From positions 1 to 44,135 of the forward strand of contig JAKBFW010000001.1 of NCBI GenBank assembly GCA_021833345.1: a DNA stretch of 44,135 nt, given 5' to 3'. Below the pieces are notes generated by a model, which searched no databases, was not told the origin of the DNA, and saw only the letters and a list, made by a program, of their open reading frames with translations. Numbering within the stretch: the stretch's first letter is position 1; each line of letters starts with the position of its first letter. Shown here piece by piece: positions 39,351 to 44,135 of the stretch. Source of the DNA: Pseudomonadota bacterium. Its GTDB lineage: Bacteria > Actinomycetota > Actinomycetes > Actinomycetales > Cellulomonadaceae. A program made the translations under genes and the position numbers.

Positions 39351-40490
39351 GTGAGCACCCGCACGGAGCACCACGCCGCGACCGGCAGTGCTCCGACCCG
39401 GTGGAACCGTCACATCGGGCCGCTGTTCGCGGCGATGTGGCTCGTCTACCTCAGCTACCCGTGGACGGCGGCGTGGTCGTCGGCCGCCGGGATCCCGCGC
39501 ACCGTCTCGTTGGTCAGCGTCGTGGGGTTCGCGGCGGTGTTCCTGCTCGGCTTCTACCGGGTCCGCGTGCGCCGGCTGCGGGGGGCCGACGAGCCGCGAC
39601 CGTGGGCCGTGTGGCTCGTCCTGGGCGTCGAGGCCGTCCTCGTCGCGGGGATGGGCCTCGCGGCGCGTGAGAACTCCCTCGCCGGTCTCGTCTTCATCGC
39701 CGTCTCGAGCGTGTTCTTCCTCCCGGTCCGTCAGGCCGTGGGCGTCGTCGCCGTGCTCGTGGCAGCGGGTGAGGCGCTGCCCCGCACGATCCCGGGCTGG
39801 GTGCCGACGGACAACCTCGGGCTCCAGGTCGTGATCGCCTCGGTCGCGGTGTTCGGTGTCACCCAGATGATGGCGCGCAACGTCGAGCTCGCCCGTGCGC
39901 GGACGGACCTCGCCGACCTCGCCGTCGCGCGCGAACGTGAGCGGATCGCGCGTGACGTGCACGACATCCTCGGTCACTCGCTGACCGTGATCACGGTGAA
40001 GGCGGAGCTCGCGGGTCGTCTGCTGCCCGAGTCTCCCGAGCGCGCCGCACGTGAGGTCGCCGACGTGGAGTCGCTCGCGCGCGCGGCGCTCGCGGACGTG
40101 CGGGCCACGGTCTCCGGCTTCCGGGCGGTCAGCCTGGCGAACGAGCTCGCCTCGGCCCGGGTCGCGCTCGAGGCCGCGGGAGTCGAGGCCCACGTCCCGT
40201 CCGCCGCCGACGAGGTTCCCGAGGGCCTGCGCGAGCTGTTCGCCTGGACGGTTCGCGAGGCGACGACGAACGTCGTCCGCCATGCGTCCGCCCGGACGTG
40301 CGAGATCACCCTCACGTCGAACCGCGTGCGGGTGAGCGACGACGGCGTCGGCCCGGACGGGTCGGTCGGCGCCGGGAGCGGGCTGGTCGGGCTCCGGGAG
40401 CGCGCCGCCGCAGCAGGTGCGCGCGTCCTGCTCGGTCGATCGGCCTCCGGCGGCTTCGAGCTGTGCGTCGAGAAGGGGACGGCCGCATGA
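39351..40490 (+). CDS. DesK-like sensor histidine kinase (HisKA_3)
   Basis: About 5 TMs, then ERERIARDVHDILGHSL, REATTNVVRH, DDGVG and GSGLVGLRER. Confidence 0.93.
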   Translation: MSTRTEHHAATGSAPTRWNRHIGPLFAAMWLVYLSYPWTAAWSSAAGIPRTVSLVSVVGFAAVFLLGFYRVRVRRLRGADEPRPWAVWLVLGVEAVLVAGMGLAARENSLAGLVFIAVSSVFFLPVRQAVGVVAVLVAAGEALPRTIPGWVPTDNLGLQVVIASVAVFGVTQMMARNVELARARTDLADLAVARERERIARDVHDILGHSLTVITVKAELAGRLLPESPERAAREVADVESLARAALADVRATVSGFRAVSLANELASARVALEAAGVEAHVPSAADEVPEGLRELFAWTVREATTNVVRHASARTCEITLTSNRVRVSDDGVGPDGSVGAGSGLVGLRERAAAAGARVLLGRSASGGFELCVEKGTAA

Positions 40491-41107
40491 GCGCGACGAT
40501 CCGCCTGCTCCTCGCCGACGACCAGGCGCTGGTCCGTGGCGCCCTCGCCGCCCTGCTCGAGCTCGAGCCGGACCTCGAGGTGGTCGTCCAGGTGGGGCGC
40601 GGCGACGAGGTCGTCGCGGCGGCGCGCGAGCACCGTCCGGACGTCGCGCTGCTCGACGTCGAGATGCCCGGTCTCGACGGCATCGCCGCGGCACGGGCGC
40701 TGCGTGACGCCGTCCCGACGTGCCGGGTGCTCGTCGTGACGACGTTCGGACGACCGGGCTACGTGCGTCGTGCGCTCGAGGCGGGCGCCTCAGGCTTCGT
40801 CGTCAAGGACACCCCGGCCGCGCAGCTGGCCGACGCGGTCCGCCGGGTGGCGTCGGGGCTGCGCGTCGTCGACCCGACCCTGGCGGTCGAGTCGCTCGCG
40901 ACCGGCGCGAGTCCCTTGACCGAACGCGAGCAGGACGTCCTGCGGGCGGCGGCGGACGGCGGCACCGTCGCGGACATCGCACGGGTCACGCTCGTGTCCG
41001 AGGGCACGGCGCGCAACTACCTCTCGGCTGCCATGGGGAAGACCGGCGCCCGCACGCGGGCCGAGGCGGTGCGCATCGCGCGGGAGAACGGCTGGCTGCT
41101 CAGCTGA
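40487..41107 (+). CDS. DesR-like NarL/LuxR response regulator
   Basis: LLADDQ, LLDVEMP, TTFGRPG, VKD and a LuxR HTH (LTEREQDVL...GTARNYLS). Confidence 0.95.
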   Translation: MSATIRLLLADDQALVRGALAALLELEPDLEVVVQVGRGDEVVAAAREHRPDVALLDVEMPGLDGIAAARALRDAVPTCRVLVVTTFGRPGYVRRALEAGASGFVVKDTPAAQLADAVRRVASGLRVVDPTLAVESLATGASPLTEREQDVLRAAADGGTVADIARVTLVSEGTARNYLSAAMGKTGARTRAEAVRIARENGWLLS

Positions 41108-41213
41108 CCTGCCGATCGTCGGACGTGCGCCGACGCGGCGCCCGGCGCCCCTGCGGCCGCGCTCTCTCCGGCGCAGAGGATGCTCGATCTCGGGGGTGGG
41201 GGAGAATGGCGCG

Positions 41214-42404
41214 GTGACGACCACCACCTCTGGGCCCGACGCCGCGACGGCACCGGGCCGTGTGCTCCCGCCGCTGCAGATCGGTCCGCTGACGATCGAC
41301 ACGCCGGTGGTCCTCGCCCCGATGGCCGGCGTGACCAACGCGGCGTTCCGTCGGCTGTGCCGTGAGTCGGGCGCCGGGCTCTACGTCGCCGAGATGGTGA
41401 CCTCGCGCGCGCTCGTCGAGCGGGGCGAGGAGTCGATGCGCATCATCTCCCACGAGCCCGACGAGAAGCCGCGATCCGTCCAGGTCTACGGGGTCGACCC
41501 GGCCACGGTCGGCGCGGCGGTGCGTCTGATCGCGAGCGAGGACCGGGCCGACCACGTCGACCTGAACTTCGGGTGCCCGGTGCCGAAGGTGACCCGCAAG
41601 GGCGGCGGGGCGGTGCTCCCGTGGAAGCGCGACCTGTTCGCCTCGATCGTCCGCGCGGCCGTCGACGCCGCGTCGCCCTACGGGGTGCCCGTGACCGTCA
41701 AGATGCGCAAGGGGATCGACGACGACCACCTCACCTACCTCGAGGCCGGCCTCGTCGCGCAGGACGTCGGGGTCGCGGCGGTCGCGCTGCACGCGCGGAC
41801 CGCGGCCGACTACTACTCCGGTCACGCCGACTGGGAGGCGATCGCGCGCCTCAAGGAGACCGTGACGGGCATACCCGTGCTCGGCAACGGCGACATCTGG
41901 TCGGCCGAGGACGCTCTGGCGATGGTCGCGCAGACGGGCTGCGACGGTGTCGTCGTCGGGCGTGGTTGTCAGGGCCGTCCGTGGCTGTTCGCCGACCTCG
42001 CGGCGGCGTTCGCGGGGTCGGACGTGCGGGTGCAACCGGACCTCCGACACGTCGCGGACGTCGTGCGACGGCACGCCGAGCTGATGGTCCAGCACATCGG
42101 CGAGGAGTCGAGGGCGATGCGGGAGATGCGCAAGCACATGGCCTGGTACTTCAAGGGCTACGTCGTCGGCGGCGGGCTCCGTGCGTCACTGGGCCTGGTG
42201 TCCACCCTTGCCGAGCTCGAGGACCTGCTCGCGACGCTCGATCTCGACCAGCCGTACCCGGGAGCGGCCGCGGAGGGCCAGCGGGGTCGAGCCGGGTCGC
42301 CCAAGCGGCCGTCGCTCCCGGAGGGTTGGCTGGACTCGCGGGAGCTCTCGGAGGACTTCCGGGCGGCCCTGCACGAGGCGGAGCTGAGCGTCTCCGGCGG
42401 CTGA
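41214..42404 (+). CDS. dusB: tRNA-dihydrouridine synthase DusB
   Basis: LAPMAGVT, DLNFGCPVPKV, VTVKMR, LHART, GNGDI and VGRG motifs. Confidence 0.95.
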   Translation: MTTTTSGPDAATAPGRVLPPLQIGPLTIDTPVVLAPMAGVTNAAFRRLCRESGAGLYVAEMVTSRALVERGEESMRIISHEPDEKPRSVQVYGVDPATVGAAVRLIASEDRADHVDLNFGCPVPKVTRKGGGAVLPWKRDLFASIVRAAVDAASPYGVPVTVKMRKGIDDDHLTYLEAGLVAQDVGVAAVALHARTAADYYSGHADWEAIARLKETVTGIPVLGNGDIWSAEDALAMVAQTGCDGVVVGRGCQGRPWLFADLAAAFAGSDVRVQPDLRHVADVVRRHAELMVQHIGEESRAMREMRKHMAWYFKGYVVGGGLRASLGLVSTLAELEDLLATLDLDQPYPGAAAEGQRGRAGSPKRPSLPEGWLDSRELSEDFRAALHEAELSVSGG

Positions 42405-42435
42405 CGGGTCCGTCGCAGAGGCGTCGGGCCGTCAG
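42401..42435. terminator. Probable bidirectional hairpin between convergent dusB and GH13 genes
   Basis: Inverted repeat ctgacgg...ccgtcag spanning both stop codons, with an imperfect inner stem. Confidence 0.4.
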
Positions 42436-44135
42436 GGAAGCATGACCCAGACGGTGGTGTCCCTCGGCACCCCCGGTGACCCCGATCCGCTGTCGACGAG
42501 GTCCCCGCTGCACGCGAGCACCTCGGCACCGGCAGGCAGTGCGACCGGTGCCTCGCCGAGGTTCGTGACGACCAGGACGTCCCGGTTGAGCAGCGCGATC
42601 ACGGTCGGGGACGTCGCGAGGCCGTCGACCCAGGCGAGCGAGCCGGCACCCAGGGCGTGGCGGTGGCGCAGGGCGAGTGCCGTGCGATACAGCTCGAGGG
42701 TCGAGCCCGGCACCCCGACCTGGGCGTCCGCCGCGTACGCGGTCCAGCTCGACGGCTGCGGAAGCCAGCTCAGACCACCGGTCGAGAACCCGAACGCGGG
42801 CGCGTCGCGCGACCAGGGGAGCGGCACCCGGCACCCGTCGCGGCCGCGCTCGGTGTGCCCGGACCGCCACCACGCCGGGTCCTGGCGGAGGTCGTCGTCG
42901 AGCGCGGTGTGCTCGGGCAGCCCGAGCTCCTCCCCCTGGTAGAGGTACGCCGACCCCGGCAGCGCGAGCATGAGCAGCGTCGCCGCGCGGGCGCGTCGGA
43001 GCCCGAGCCCCTCGTCGGGCTGCTCGTCCCCGTGGCCGATCCCCTTCGGGCGCGCGCCGGGCGCCGAGAGGCCCAGGCGCGACGTGTGCCGGACGACGTC
43101 GTGGTTGGACAGCACCCAGGTCGTCGGGGCGCCGACCTCGTCGCTCGCCGCGAGCGACTCCGTGATGACCGACCGCAGCGCGGCCGCGTCCCAGCGAGAG
43201 GTGAGGAACGCGAAGTTGAACGCCTGGTGCATCTCGTCCGGCCGCACGTACCGGGCGAGGCGGGCGAGCGGCTCGACCCACGCCTCGGCGACGAGGGCAC
43301 GATCGCCGTCGTACTCCGCGAGCACCCGGTGCCAGGCCCGGTAGATGTCGTGGACCCCGTCCTGGTCGAACATCGGGCCGTGGTTCGCGGCGGCGCCGTC
43401 GATCATCGCGACCGTGCCGTCCCAGTCGGGCAGGCCAGGCGCCTTCACCATGCCGTGCGCGACGTCGATGCGGAACCCGTCGACGCCCCGGTCGAGCCAG
43501 AACCGCAGGATCGCCTCGAACTCCGCGCGCACCTCGGGCCGGTCCCAGTTGAGGTCGGGCTGGCGGGTGTCGAACATGTGCAGGTACCACTGCCGGTCGC
43601 TCGCCTCGGCGCCCGGACGCGCGTCGACGCGGGTCCACGCCGGCCCGCCGAAGATCGACTCCCAGCCGTTGGGCGGGAGCTCGCCGTGGGCGCCGCGTCC
43701 GTCTCGGAAGTGGTAGCGCGCGCGCTCCGGGCTGCCGGGGCCGGCCGTGAGCGCCTCCTGGAACCACGCGTGGTCGTCGGAGGTGTGGTTCGGGACGAGG
43801 TCGACGATCACGCGCAGACCGAGGCCGTGCGCACGTGCGAGCAAGCGGTCGACGTCCGCGAGCGTGCCGAAGATCGGGTCGACGTCGCGGTAGTCGGCGA
43901 CGTCGTACCCGGCGTCCGCCTGTGGTGACCGGTAGAACGGCGAGAGCCAGATCGCGTCGACCCCGAGTGCGGCGAGGTGCTCGAGGTGCGACGTGATGCC
44001 CGGGAGGTCGCCGATCCCGTCGCCCGAGGCGTCGGCGAACGACCGCGGGTACACCTGGTAGATCACGGCGCTGCGCCACCACTGGGAGCCGGCCGGGCCG
44101 TCGTGCACGGGGGTGCGCGTCAGGTGGGGGTGCGG
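42432..44135 (-). CDS. GH13 alpha-glucosidase, probably 5'-truncated by the window edge
   Basis: YQVYPRSFAD, DLVPNH, GFRIDVAH (nucleophile), AEAW, NHD, YQGEELG and RDGCRVP. Frame stays open to base 44135. Confidence 0.93.
   Translation of the reverse strand, partial: PHPHLTRTPVHDGPAGSQWWRSAVIYQVYPRSFADASGDGIGDLPGITSHLEHLAALGVDAIWLSPFYRSPQADAGYDVADYRDVDPIFGTLADVDRLLARAHGLGLRVIVDLVPNHTSDDHAWFQEALTAGPGSPERARYHFRDGRGAHGELPPNGWESIFGGPAWTRVDARPGAEASDRQWYLHMFDTRQPDLNWDRPEVRAEFEAILRFWLDRGVDGFRIDVAHGMVKAPGLPDWDGTVAMIDGAAANHGPMFDQDGVHDIYRAWHRVLAEYDGDRALVAEAWVEPLARLARYVRPDEMHQAFNFAFLTSRWDAAALRSVITESLAASDEVGAPTTWVLSNHDVVRHTSRLGLSAPGARPKGIGHGDEQPDEGLGLRRARAATLLMLALPGSAYLYQGEELGLPEHTALDDDLRQDPAWWRSGHTERGRDGCRVPLPWSRDAPAFGFSTGGLSWLPQPSSWTAYAADAQVGVPGSTLELYRTALALRHRHALGAGSLAWVDGLATSPTVIALLNRDVLVVTNLGEAPVALPAGAEVLACSGDLVDSGSGSPGVPRDTTVWVMLP

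Overview
High-GC actinobacterial chromosome segment. Gene order and style suggest a Cellulomonas-like Micrococcales genome (inference). The conserved backbone is hemW(partial)-DUF3097-hrcA-dnaJ-rsmE-phoH-ybeY-CorC/HlyC-era ... leuA ... recO-uppS ... Zn-type ABC transporter <> glyQS ... dusB, followed by a GH13 alpha-glucosidase cut by the window end. The main accessory element lies between era and leuA: a ~14.3 kb, translationally coupled operon of PP2C phosphatase, FHA protein, membrane Ser/Thr kinase, a ~1950 aa Ig-like/FN3 surface protein, MoxR AAA+ ATPase, DUF58 protein, a membrane transglutaminase-like protein and a second FHA protein. This resembles the Bifidobacterium PFNA operon, but here the transglutaminase lacks all three catalytic residues. 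Features absent from the ORF track include a CIRCE box, a Leu-rich leader peptide and attenuator before leuA, a Zur-like box, a TGACA-N2-TGTCA palindrome next to a DesK/DesR-type ABC module, a decayed Gmad2-type lipoprotein pseudogene, a 12-bp tandem repeat and several leaderless promoters. I saw no rRNA, tRNA, CRISPR array or IS element. All calls come from manual motif reading, not database searches.
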